This document shows positions 22,857-34,804 of a DNA stretch of 64,000 nucleotides, piece after piece. Each line of letters begins with the position of its first letter. The first letter of the stretch is position 1. The translations under genes were made by a program, and so were the position numbers. This DNA comes from Squalus acanthias (lineage: Eukaryota): contig CM059432.1 of NCBI GenBank assembly GCA_030390025.1, forward strand, positions 4,092,001-4,156,000, in the 5' to 3' direction. Under the pieces are notes generated by a model, which saw nothing but the letters and a program-made list of their open reading frames with translations, made no database searches and was not told the DNA's origin.

Positions 22857-23420
22857 TTAGAAAAATAGAAAAATAGAAAAATAGGAGCAGGAGTAGGCCA
22901 TTCGGCCCTTTGAGCCTGCCCCGCCATTCAATGAGATCATGGCTGATCCTCTATCACAATACCATATTCCCGCTCTCTCCCCATACCCCTTGATGCCTTT
23001 TGTGTCGAGAAATCTATCTGTCTCCTTCTTAAATATATTCAGTGATTTGGCCTCCACAGCCTTCTATGGTAGAGAATTCCACAGGTTCACCACCCTCTGA
23101 GTGAAGAAATTTCTTCTCATCTGAGCCCTAAATGTCCTACCCCGTATCCTGAGACTGTGACCCCTCGTTCTAGACCCCCCAGCCAGGGGAAACATTCTCT
23201 CTGCATTCAGTCTGTCTAGCCCGGTCAGAATTTTATACGTTTCAATGAGATCCCCTCTCCTTACCTAAGAAAGACACAAAAGGCATCAAGTGGTATGGGG
23301 AGAGAGCGGGAATATGGTATTGAGATAGAGGATCAGCCATGCTCATATTGAATGGCAGAGCAGGCTCGAAGGGCCGAATGCCCTACTCCTGCTCCTATTT
23401 TTCTATGTTTCTATGTTTCT
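22857..23420. mobile_element. Head-to-head pair of CR1 3' ends (minus 22857-23260, plus 23270-23420)
   Basis: Same-subfamily tails pointing outward on both sides. Confidence 0.85.
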
Positions 23421-23889
23421 ATTACATCAGTGACTACACTTCAAATGGTCCTTCATTGGCTGCAAAGCGCTTAGTGACGTCCTGAGGTCGTGAAAGGCGC
23501 TGTAGAAATGTGAGCTTTTTAAATTTCTTTTTCAGAATGTAAACATGAGAAATAAATGATACCAGTAAATGGACGGTCAGTGAAGCAGCCCACTTCGCAG
23601 TTCAAGCGAACGGCAGCATGAGCTTGGAATTGAAGGTGCGCTTAGTGACAGGGCAATGTCAGCGGTTTGTCAGGCTGCGGTTCAGGGCCATTGAAGAGAA
23701 AAGAAGCTAAGGTACTGCTCTCAGGAGAGGGATGGATCTACTGCCCTCTCCGTATACCACAGCATACAGGGCCAGCCTTAGGGAAAATGGCACCCTGGGC
23801 AATCTCGTATTTTGGCGCCCTTTAAGTGTGTAGTAATATTAGTGAAGGTTTCAGAAACTAAGCTGTAATCTCAAAAGTTTTTATAATTT

Positions 23890-25287
23890 TTGACCCTTAA
23901 CCCTTCCATCCTTGCAAACTACCGCCCCATCTCCAACCTCCCTTTCCTCTCCAAAGTCCTTGAACGTGTTGTCGCCTCCCAAATCCGTGCCCATCTTTCC
24001 CGCAACTCCATGTTTGAATCCCTCCAATCAGGTTTCCGCCCCTGCCACAGTACCGAAACGGCTCTCATCAAAGTCACAAATGACATCCTTTGTGACTGTG
24101 ACAAAGGTAAACTATCCCTCCTCGTCCTTCTTGACTTGTCTGTAACCTTTGACACGGTTGACCACTCCATCCTTCTCCAACGCCTTTCCACCATCGTCCA
24201 GTTGGGTGGGACTGCACTCGCCTGGTTCCATTCTTATCTATCTAATCGTAGCCAGAGAATCACCTGCAACGGCTTCTCTTCCCGCTCCCGCATTGTTACC
24301 TTTGGTGTCCCCCAAGGATCTATCCTTGTCCCCCTCCTATTTCTCATCTACATGTTGCCCCTTGGTGACATCATCCGGAAACACAGTGTCAGTTTCCACA
24401 TGTACGCTGATGACACCCAGCTCTACCTCACTACCACTTCTCTCGACCCCTCCACGGTCTCTAAATTGCCAGACTGCTTGTCCGACATCCAGTCCTGCAT
24501 GAGCAGAAATTTTCTCCATTTAAATATTGGGAAGACCCAAGCCATTGTTCTCGGTCCCTGCCACAAACTCCGTTCCCTAGCCACTAACTCCATCCCTCTC
24601 CCTAGCATCTGTCTGAGGCTGAACCACACTGTTCGCAACCTTGGTGTCATATTTGACCCTGAAATGAGCTTCCGACCACATATCCGCGGCATAACTAAGA
24701 ACGCCTAGTTCCACCTCCATAACATCGCCCGTCTCCGCCCCTGCCTCAGCTCATCCGCTGCTGAAACCCTCATCCATGTCTTTGTTACCTCTAGACTTGA
24801 CTATTCCAATGCACTCCTGGCTGGTCTCCCACATTCCACCCTACATAAACTTGAAGTCATCCAAAACTCAGCTGCCCGTGTCGTAACTCGCACCAAGTCC
24901 CGTTCGCCCATCACCCCTGTGCTCGCTGACCTACATTGGCTCCTGGTTAAGCTACGCCTTGATTTTAAAATTCTCATCCTTGTTTTCAAATCCGTCCATG
25001 GCCTCGCCCCTCCCTATCTCTGTAATCTCCTCCAGCCCCACAAATCCACCCCCCGAGATATCTGCGCTCCTCTAATTCTGCCCTCTTGAGCATCCCTGAT
25101 TATAATCACTCAACCATTGGTGGCTGTGCCTTCTGTTGCCTGGGCTCTAAGCGCTGGAATTCCCTCCCTAAACCTCTCCGCCCTATTTTATCATTATGTG
25201 GCTCGGTGTCAAATGTTTTGTCTTATAACATTCCTGTGAAGCACCTTGGGACATCTTACTATGTTAAAGGCGCCATATAAATACAAG
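23890..25287 (+). mobile_element. L2 LINE, 5'-truncated (RT domain to tail)
   Basis: NYRPISNLPFLSKVLE, QSGFR..HSTETAL, LLDLS..FDTVDH, GVPQGS and YADDTQLY motifs. Confidence 0.95.
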
Positions 25288-26300
25288 TAAAAATGACATC
25301 AAATAGAACCACTGCTGTTACACTGTTTTTTATGATGAGCTTCGAACACCTAGGGTAGAGACATAATTCTTAATGCAACCAGTTGAGGTAACTAAGAAGA
25401 CAATGGTGCATCCGGTTGAGGTGTTCTCAATGCAAAAGATACAAACAGAAGACCTTGGTAAGAATGGCATCAAGTGGGGGAGGCACCACCCATCACATTG
25501 TTTTTGTATTGAACTTGAAACACCTAAAGGAGAGACACGAGTCTGCTTGCTACCAGCTGAACTGACTGTAAAAATAGAAGGGGTCAGCAGAAAAATGACT
25601 AGAGATAATTAGCTTACATCAGCAGAAAACTTCAAAGGACATACCACTGAAAAAAGGTATAAAAATCGGACTTTCAAATGGGATGATAGATTCGCTTGAA
25701 GGGGCAAAGCGATTCTCAGGCTTCAGAGGCAAGCTCTGTAAGTCTTCAACTCTTTGAGTCTCGGGGATCAAGGTACTTGTATTTGATTTTGGTGGATATC
25801 CTGGAATAAGACTAAGAAATGTAAAAATGTAACGAAGTTAAGTTTTGAGAATAAGGATCTCTGATAATAGAATTGTAAAAGCTTACTCTTTTTGGAATTG
25901 TTAAAGTTGCGATTGAAACACCAACTGTAATTACATGACGTTTCTTTAATAAATCTATATATTTTTAGAATTGTCTCACATCGTACTTCTGTATCAAACT
26001 CGCGAACTCAATCTCTGTACACTCTTTGGTGAGGAGTTGCAGAATTCTGGGGGAGTTTTCCGGACCATCATAATATCCGGAAGGTTACAGTCTAGCTAAA
26101 CTTATTAAAAGTGCTATCTGGAGGACGGTAACATCTTCAGGCTGTTCCTTTCCTTTAGGGAGAGATAGTCTGGACCTTTAGACCCAATTAAGCGTCTTTA
26201 GGATTCGGCTACCGCTAACTTTATTTGAAGGTGAACGTCTGGGGAATACGCCTGATCTGGGGTAGCCCAAAAGGGGCTAGGACTAGAAATTATCCCTTCA
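25287..26300 (+). mobile_element. Solo LTR family A, copy 3 (opposite orientation, 5' end missing)
   Basis: Reverse complement of 15807-16650, ending TTATCCCTTCA. TATAAAA (25658) and AATAAA (25948) define the LTR sense strand. Confidence 0.85.
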
Positions 26301-26720
26301 TCACGACCTCAGGCTGTCCCAAAGCGCTTTACAGCCAATGAAGTACATTTTGAAGTGTAGTCACTGTTGTAATGTAGGAAATGCGGCAGCCAATTTGCGC
26401 ACAGCAAGCTCCCACAAACAGCAATGTGATAATGACCAGATAATCTGTTTTTGTGATGTTGATTGAGGGATGAATATTGGCCAGGACACTGGGGAGAACT
26501 CCCCTGCTCTTCTTCGAAATAGTGCCATGGGATCTTTTACATCCACCTGAGAGAGCAGACGGGGCCTCGGTTTAACAGCTCGTTCGAAAGACGGCACCTC
26601 TGACAGTGCGGCGCTCCCTCAGCCCTGCACTGGAGTGTCAGCCTAGATTTTTGTGCTCAATTCTCTGGTGTGGGACTTGAACCCACAACCTTCTGACTCC
26701 GAGACGAGTGTGCTGCCCAC
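26301..26720 (-). mobile_element. DeuSINE, cut inside its A box by the Tx1 element
   Basis: Reverse complement of 17135-17555; starts at GTGGGCAGC on the minus strand. Confidence 0.9.
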
Positions 26721-26840
26721 TTTTTAAAAATATATTATTTATTGAACATTAAAAACATTTACAACATTATGATCATTCCATTGTATCATACAAATCCATT
26801 CCGATGCTCTGCACAGCCATTCCTCCACCACATATTAACA

Positions 26841-29800
26841 TCAAAACCTGACGTTTAATTTGTCTCCCGTAACATATATTAATCTATTGTACTTTAAAAA
26901 TTGATCATAAAATACTATCTTTAAATTCCTTTCTGAATAAAACATCCACAGAGCCTTATAATGATCTTTTAGCTTATATTTAAAATACTCTTTTAGATTG
27001 ATTCTCCTCCCCTTAAAAACCAGAGCATTCCTTCTTTGCACAATCACGAATCTAGCCAAACTGAACATTAAATTAATTGCTGCGCCGCTAGACTCGGCCA
27101 GACTCTCCTGCAATCCCCATCTCAAAATTGAGTCCCACGGGATTCCCATTCTCGCTCTTCGGTCCCCACCCAGCAAAAAAACCTCACGCAACTGTCGAAC
27201 ATTGTACTTAAAATCCTTTAACTGCGGTCATAACACCAGTAAATGGGACAGAGTCTCATCATGTGTCCCACACACTGGGCAAGTTGCCACCTCCACTCGT
27301 CCAATCTTACACAAGACCGTCATGGTAAAAATCCGGTTATGAGCCAATTTGAAATCCAGTTCAATCCACTCTGGACATTTAAAATTCGCCCACACTCCCT
27401 TCCAAATCCTGTTGAAGTCCAGCTGTGGGTATATACTCTGCCAAAACTCCCGACCAGCATGTGTCTTGAATCTCCATTCTCTAAATACCTCATAGAAATC
27501 TCGAGTATTACAGTTGTCAAATTGGACCAACTCCTCCCCTTTCTCCAGCAGAAAGCTTGGAAAAGCGGGATGGATCTTACTTCCTTTGGAGATTTCCGCA
27601 TTTATTTCTTCCAACCGATCCTGTGGCATTGCCCTCATAATCTTCTCATACATGATCATAATTGCTTTTTCCTCTACCTCCTGATCCTCCTCCCAAACCA
27701 TGTCCCTCACTATCGCTTCCGGCAACCAACCTGGAATTACCTCATATAATATATCTTTCACACATATAATACCAGCTTTTATAAAAGTTTGATTAAATAC
27801 CTCTCCTTCACCTGTTCAAAAGTAAGGGCTGTTCTAAATATTCCTCAGCACCCTTGGGCATACACTGTACACTTTTTAAAAATTGGGCCCAAGTCTCTAC
27901 AACCCCCTTATAAAACCTAGAGAGCGGTTTAATCGATTTCAAAAACATATTATTGTATTCCATATACAATATCCCCTGCCCTCCTATCTCACTTCATTTT
28001 AAAAAATGCTCAAAACAACTCTTCCAAAAACTTGTATTTGACTTCTGAAGAAATCTCTTCACCCATTTGATTCTAAAGGATTTTTTCTTCAAATCAATAT
28101 CTGGGAAATTGAGTCCTCCCTGATTTCTCCGTCCAATTATGGTACTGTACACAACCAAGGCTGGTTTCCCTTCCCATAAAAACCTCACACAAGCCTCTCG
28201 GATGGACTTTTCCACCCACTCAGGAATATCCTCCACCGTCAATAAGTACCATAGCTTAGATAGCAGGAGAGCGGACACCACTCTCGCTCTTCCTTGCACT
28301 TTCAACCAACTTCTTTCCCATCTTCCCAAAATCTTTTTAATTTTCATAACCTTCGGTTCCCAATTTAATTGATCCACTTCATCCCTGTCTTTCCATATGC
28401 ACCCCCAGAACTTCCAAAACCTCCACCAACTTAAGGGGCTTTCCTCCAACCATTCCGCCTTACCCCTTCCCGCAACCAGGCATTGGGACTTACTATAATT
28501 CACTCTGGCTCCTGAAGCTCTACAATACTCCTCCACTACTCCCATAGCTTTCCTCACTGACTCCCCATCTCTCAATGTTAAGGTTGTGTCATCTGCATAT
28601 TGGTGTATCACCGACACCCGCCCGGAACTGGGAACCGCAATCCCGACTACACCTTGTTCCTTTCGCATCATGTAACCTAATGGTTCTGCTACCAATGTGT
28701 ACAACAATGGGGACAGGGGACAACCCTGTCTCACTGACCTCTGTATCAGAAAATACTTGGATAAAAAACCATTAGATTTAACACAGCTAAATATGTTTGA
28801 ATAAAAAATCCTTATCCACTCAATCAAATTTTTCCCAAAACCAAATGCTTCCAAAACCATCAATAAAAACTCATGAGAGACCCTATCAAAGGCTTTCTCT
28901 TGATCTATCTTTAATACATAAGCCATGAGCTCTATCGCATCTCGGATTGAGACCACAGAGTCTGTGATGTCCCGGCCTATGACTCCACAGGACTGAGAGG
29001 GCAAAACTATCTGCGGCAACACCTCCTTCATACGATTTGCCATAACCCTCGCCAAGATCTTATAATCCACATTTAATAATGTGATGGGCCTCCAATTCTT
29101 TAGATTCCTTCTATCCCCTTTATTTTTATAAGCTAAGCTTAGGATACCTCTCCTCATAGATGGGGCCAGGCTTCCCTCAATTTTAATCTCCTTAAAAACC
29201 TCTAAGAGCAATCTCTAAAAATTCTTCATAAAATTCTGCACTTAGTCCATCGGACTTTGGGCTTTTCCCCCCTTCATTACACTTATTGCTACTTTTATTG
29301 CCGCTAATCCTAGTTCTTTGTCACACATGCTTCTCTCATCCTCCTTTAAACCCTCTTCAATAAAAGCACAAACCTTCTCCATCGCCAATTTAGAAATGTC
29401 TTCTTTTGTGTATAACTCTTGATAAAAGCTACTAGCCGCCTCCAAATCTCCCCACTTTCATTAATGATCTTCTCCCCAATCTTCAACTCTCCAGTTAATG
29501 ATAATCTCTGTCACAGCTTCTCTTGCTCTAGAAAGTATCTGGTGCATCTTTCGCCCTCCGATGCATCTTTAGACTTTGCCAGGAGAATGGCCCCCTTGCA
29601 TTTTTCAGCTTGCAATAATTCCCACTCTTCCTTTAAAACCACCCACTTAGTCTCTGCTCCCTTATCCCCTCCGTCAACTGCTTTACAGACATCCGTAAAC
29701 CTTTTGTTTATATTCCCTTTTCGACACCGGTTAGCTGCCGCTCTCTCTTTCTCATAACGTACCGAAAAAACTTTTACCTCATATTTGAAATTGTCCCACC

Positions 29801-31454
29801 AAACTCTTGTTCTTTCAAAAATAAAGGTTCCTTCCGAGCATTCTTTATTATATTTAAAATCCCTTCTGTATAAGAAATTTCTTTCAGGTATTGATTGTTT
29901 AGAATCCACACCCCTGGACTGATAAGAACATAAGAACATAAGAAATAGGAGCAGGAGTAGGCCATTCGGCCCTTCGAGCCTGCTCCGCCATTCAATGAGA
30001 TCATGGTTGATCTTCTGCCTCAACTCCATTCACCGGCCCTATCGCCATATCCCTTGATGCCCTTACTAGTCAGAAATCTATCGACTTCTGTTTTGAATAT
30101 ACCCAATGACTGAGCCTCCACAGCCCTTTGGGGTAGAGAATTCCAAAGATTCACCACCCTCTGTGTGAAGAAATTTCTTCTCATCTCAGTCCTGAATGGC
30201 CTACCCTTTATCCTGAGGCTGTGGCCCCTGGTTCTAGACTCCCCAGCCAAGGGAAACATTCTCCCAGCATCCACCCTATCAAGCCCTGTAATAATTTTGT
30301 ATGCTTCAATGAGATCCCCTCTCATTCTTCTGAATTCAAGAGACTACAGGCTTAGTTTACTCAATCTCTTCTCGTACGATAGTCCCGCCATCCCAGGAAT
30401 CAATCTCGTGAACCTTCGTTGCACTCCCTCTATGGCAAGTATATCCTTCCTTAGGTAAGGAGACCAAAATTGTACACAGTACTCCAGGTGTGGTCTCACC
30501 AAGGCCCTATATAATTGGAATAAGACTTCTTTACTCCTGTACTCAAATCCTCTTGAAATGAAGGCCAGCATACCATTTGCCTTCCTAATGGCTTGCTGCA
30601 CCTGTACATTCAGTTTCAGTGACTCATGTACAAGGACACCCAGGTCCCTTTGAGCATCTGCACTCCCCAATCTTTCACCATTTAGGAAATACTCTGCCTT
30701 TCTGTTTTTTCTACCAAAGTGGATAACTTCACATTTATGATCTTAACTCTGCTGTTCCTAATTCTAAGAACCAAAGCCGAGTGGTCACTAAAAAATACTT
30801 TTTTGTAATAAATCTCCATCACCTCAGAACTTAACCCTTCTCGCATTAACACAAAATCTATTCGGCTCTGTTTTAAAACATCACCCAACCTCTTCTGGAG
30901 AACTCCCTTTTTATGGGGTTCCGGTCCCTCCATAGGTCTTTCAAATTTAAATTTGCCATCATTTTTACAATCATCCCTCTGGAGTTATCATCCTTAAAGG
31001 TCATCTGGGCTGAAATGTCCATCCGAGATAAAAATACATTAAAATCCCCCACTATACAAGGGTTTTCCACCTCTGCCACTTCAGTGAATAACCACCGAAA
31101 AAACTTGCGACGCTTGCAATGGTCGTTTGGTGCATAGATATTAAAGAGATCGCAATTACATTCCTCCATTTTTACCTTTAGCTGTAAAAATCTCCCCTCA
31201 GTGTCCTTGTCCACCAAGGCAACGTTCTCTTTTATGAACGGACTCACCAAAACGGCCACCCCTCTACGGTTATTGTTTGCACAACTTGCAAACACCTCTC
31301 CCTTCCAAACCTTCCGAACTCTTTCTAGGATATCCTCATCCCAAAAGGTTTCTTGCAGACACAACAAGTCAGTGCCTTTAAAACCCTGCAACAACTGCTG
31401 CAATTTCTTCTCACCCCTCAGTCCGTTCACATTTATCGAGACCAATGTAGTCAT
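26841..31454 (-). pseudogene. Tx1 ORF2 (APE endonuclease, reverse transcriptase, zinc finger), fragmented
   Basis: SINVNGLR, CLQET, NIYAPN, GDFN, SDH, WRPITLLNVDYKI, DQEKAFDRV, QGCPLSP, YADD and CPVCG..ETLSHLL motifs across several frames. Confidence 0.93.
29924..30737 (-). mobile_element. CR1 3' fragment nested in Tx1 ORF2
   Basis: TGAT duplicated at 29920-29923 and 30738-30741; removing the insert restores ...RNSRVKI|SPGVWILN. Confidence 0.93.
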
Positions 31455-31540
31455 GGCTCCGAGTAAGGGAAGTGTGCCTGATTATCCCCCCATCATTTAA
31501 TCTCCGGCCCTTCCCTCCTCTCATGCTCCTTCCCAACTTT

Positions 31541-32978
31541 TCAGGCAGCTGTTGCTTTCTCCTGCAGCCTCCGGCTCTTTTTCACCTCCTGTTTGAACCT
31601 TCCCTGCAGTTTCAGCCTCTTCCTTGCATTAGCTTTGGGCCGAGGAGTTGCCCCTTCTCCCTCCTTCTGCCCCTCACTAACCTTTCCCTTTCCACACGAT
31701 GCCACCCCAACCCCCACTTCCATGTCTCTGTCCCCCTCTGACTCCTTACTCTCGAGCTCTTCTGTAACCTCCCGTCCCTGCTCCCCGTCAGATACATAAT
31801 CTCCCTTGGATAGTCTTCCTGCTATCACGGTTTCTCCAACAGTGCCACTCCCTTCGGCCTCATCTCCACCGCTGACCCTTGCTCCCTGTTTCTTCTCTCT
31901 CTGGGACAATGGCACATCTGCACCTATCTTGCTCCCTTCTGGCGTCTTTGTCTCCCCGCTCCCGTCCTGCTGCCACTTTAAGGCTCCTGCCTCTTGCACC
32001 CTCTCCTTGTCTTGCCCCCTCCTGCTCCGAGATGTCCGACTCCCCATCTTTCTTTACACGTACCCCGCACCCTGCTCCCGCCTTCTTTCCCCCCACGGAC
32101 ACCAGATTCTTTAGGGAGAGCAGAGCCGTATTATGGCTCGACTCTGCCCTCGACTCGTGCTGCCCTCTGCTGTCTTTGTCCTTTTCCACCGTACTTGGTG
32201 TGTTTTCCACCATCTTTATCCTGTTCTCTGCTCTGCAATTTTCTGCCTCTTCCTGCACTCTTTTCTCCTTCCATTCACCAGCAGTGTCCTCTGCCTGCTC
32301 CGCTCCTCCAGCCGCTCCACTCTCACCTCCTGCTCCTTCTCCCATCTCCTCTTCACTCAAGGGGCTTCCTTCTGCCGCACACTCACAGCGGGTGGGGCCT
32401 TTGTGACACACCCCACAGCTCTCCGCCTTGCAGCTCCGAGCGATGTGTCCAGACTTGCCGCAGTTATAACAGTACAAGTCCGGACAGCTTCTTACAAGAT
32501 GGTCGTGTCCAAGACAATAATAACAAACCTTCACCTGGTTATCATGCAGTACCCGGAAGTACTGCACTCCTTCCATTGTCTCAAATTTCATGCTATACGG
32601 CAATGACTTCACCCCCTCTGGGAACTGCACCTTTACATAACGGATTCCATCTGCTACCCGCGTTCCTGGATAGTATCTCCTCTTTATTGCCGAGCAAATT
32701 TTAATGTCCCATGACTCCAACTTTTTGATTAGCACATCGTCCTGAATATAAACCGGCAGGTTTAAGAATGAGACCACCACCTCTTCAGAATATAGCAGAG
32801 ATACCTCCAAGAACTTATCTCCAACCTTCAAACTCAGTAAAAGTCTTTCCACCTCCTCTCGGCCACTGACCGTCACCTCGAACCCAACATTTGGCTTTGG
32901 TCGGCAGGCAAAGCAGCTTCCCTCGCCGCAGTCCTCATGTACCACTTGGATAATATCCCAAGCTCGTATCTCCTTATC
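31541..32978 (-). pseudogene. Tx1 ORF1 (gag-like, zinc knuckles, acidic low-complexity tail)
   Basis: VSFLNLPVYI..VADGIRYVKV..CYYCLGHDHLVRSC..CYNCGKSGHIARSC; 5' end lost under a CR1. Confidence 0.9.
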
Positions 32979-33395
32979 CTGTATTCACTAGAGTTTAGAA
33001 GAATGAGAGGGGATCTCATTGAAACATATAAAATTCTGACAGGGCGAGACAGACTGGATGCAGGGAGGATGTTTCCCCTGGCTGGGGGGAGTCTAGAACG
33101 AGGGGTCAGTCTCAGGTACGGGGTAGGACATTTAGGACTGAGATGAGGAGAAATTTCTTCACTCAGAGGGTGGTGAACCTGTGGAATTCTCTACCACAGA
33201 AGGCTGTGGAGGCCAAGTCACTGAATATATTTAAGAAGGAGATAGCTAGATTTCTAGACACAAAAGGCATCAAGGGGTATGGGGAGAGAGCGGGAATATG
33301 GTATTGAGATAGAGGATCAGCCATGATCATATTGAATGGCGGAGCAGGCTCGAAGGGCCGAATGGCCGACCCCTGCTCCTATTTTTTTTCTATGT
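32978..33395 (+). mobile_element. CR1 3' end
   Basis: [15 protein letters not shown] through to the tail. Confidence 0.9.
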
Positions 33396-33707
33396 TATTT
33401 GTAAATAATATAACAGCTTATTTGAGGATAAAACAGTACCAGCTTCTGTCACCTAACTTTTTTAATAAGACATCAGGTTTTGGGAAGTTAATACTGACAG
33501 GGCTTTGCAAATAAAGGCTTAATCTCATTAGTTGATTTATGTTATACATGTAGGCAAAAATTCCTCGTGACAGCAGAATTGTCGGCAATCAGAGAGCAGC
33601 ACAGATAACGTTGTACATGTTGCTGACTCCTCATCAGCACCACTATTTTTGCAAGATGTGATTCTTATATGGAAGAAGAGGATTTCACAACGTTTCTTAA
33701 GAAAGCC

Positions 33708-34230
33708 AAGACGTGCATTCATGCAGCACCTTTCATAACCTCAGGATGTCCCAAAGTGCTTCACAGCCAATAAGAACATCAGAATTAGGAGCAGGAGTCG
33801 GCCATTTGGCCCCTCGAGCCTGCTCCGCCATTCAATAAGATCATGGCTGATCATCGACCTCAACTCCACGTTCCCGCCCGATCTCCATATCCCCTGATTC
33901 CCTTAGAGTCCAAAAATCTATCGATCTCAGCCTTGAATATACTCAACGACTGAGCATCTACAGCCCTCTGAGGTAGAGAATTCCAAAGATTCACCACCAT
34001 CAGTGAAGAAATTCCTCCTCATCTCGGTCTTAAATGGCCGACCCCCTTTATCCTGAGACTGTGACCCTCTGGTTCTAGACTCTCCAGCGAAGTGCTTTTG
34101 ATGTGTGTCCTCACTGTTGTGGGGAAATGAGGCAACTCATTTGTGCACAGCAAGATCCCACACATGACAACGAGCTAAACGGCCGGATAGTCTGATTTTT
34201 TTTTAATAGATTTTGATTGAGAGATAAATA
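33708..34230 (-). mobile_element. Degraded DeuSINE 3' part split by a CR1 3' end (33771-34088, minus)
   Basis: SINE ..CACAGCCAAT|GAAGTGCTTTTG.. flanks the CR1 tail. Confidence 0.8.
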
Positions 34231-34804
34231 GTGCCAAAGTCTAAGGCAATGGTTTATGTTAATGAGCGGCATTACCACAAGTCGCCACTAGGGTTTGGCT
34301 TTTCTGATGATGTATTGGCAACATGCAGATTTGAAGTTAACATTGACAAAGTTTTGTAATGTCAGTACATTGTTAGGCAGCATTACATTTGGATGGTTTC
34401 AATTTGAATTTCAATAACTTTACCACTTTACTGAAAACACTAAATCTCCTGTTGCTGCTGAAGGACTGCGGACTTTTCAAAACCAGTTTAGAGGATTAAT
34501 TAGCTGCTAAAGGAAGGGGAGTTTGGATAAAAGTATTAATTCAACAAAGGAACTGTTAAACTGACTGTACACCGGCATGCTGGGAAGGTTGGCCACGTTG
34601 GAAAAGTTGTATTCAGCAGGTCAAGAAGGTTAAAGATAAGACAGCTGGGAGGCTTTGACAGACTGTGGGAAGCTGTTGTAAACATCAGATGTCGTCATGT
34701 CAACTTCCTTTCAACCATGGGAAAAAGAGAGAGCGTGGAAATGTACCAACAATGTGTTTTTACCAAAAGAAGGGTATTGAACCAGTCATTTTAGTAAGTT
34801 TGAG

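Larger units (their letters stand above)
26721..32978 (-). mobile_element. Near-full-length Tx1/L1-clade non-LTR retrotransposon, inactivated
   Basis: ORF1 with CCHC knuckles; ORF2 with APE, RT and C-terminal CxxC..ETxxH; short 3' UTR with AATAAA and A-rich end; several frameshifts and a nested CR1. Confidence 0.93.

Noticed and set aside
23767..23890. CAGGGCCAGCCTTAGG, possible hAT left end
   Set aside because: No matching right end or TSD visible; truncated by L2.
31860..32945. ZCCHC3-like host zinc-knuckle gene
   Set aside because: Lies directly upstream of an APE-RT ORF2 on the same strand, so it is Tx1 ORF1.
34278..34298. CTCF-like CGCCACTAGGG
   Set aside because: Spacing does not fit the core consensus well; a single short match.
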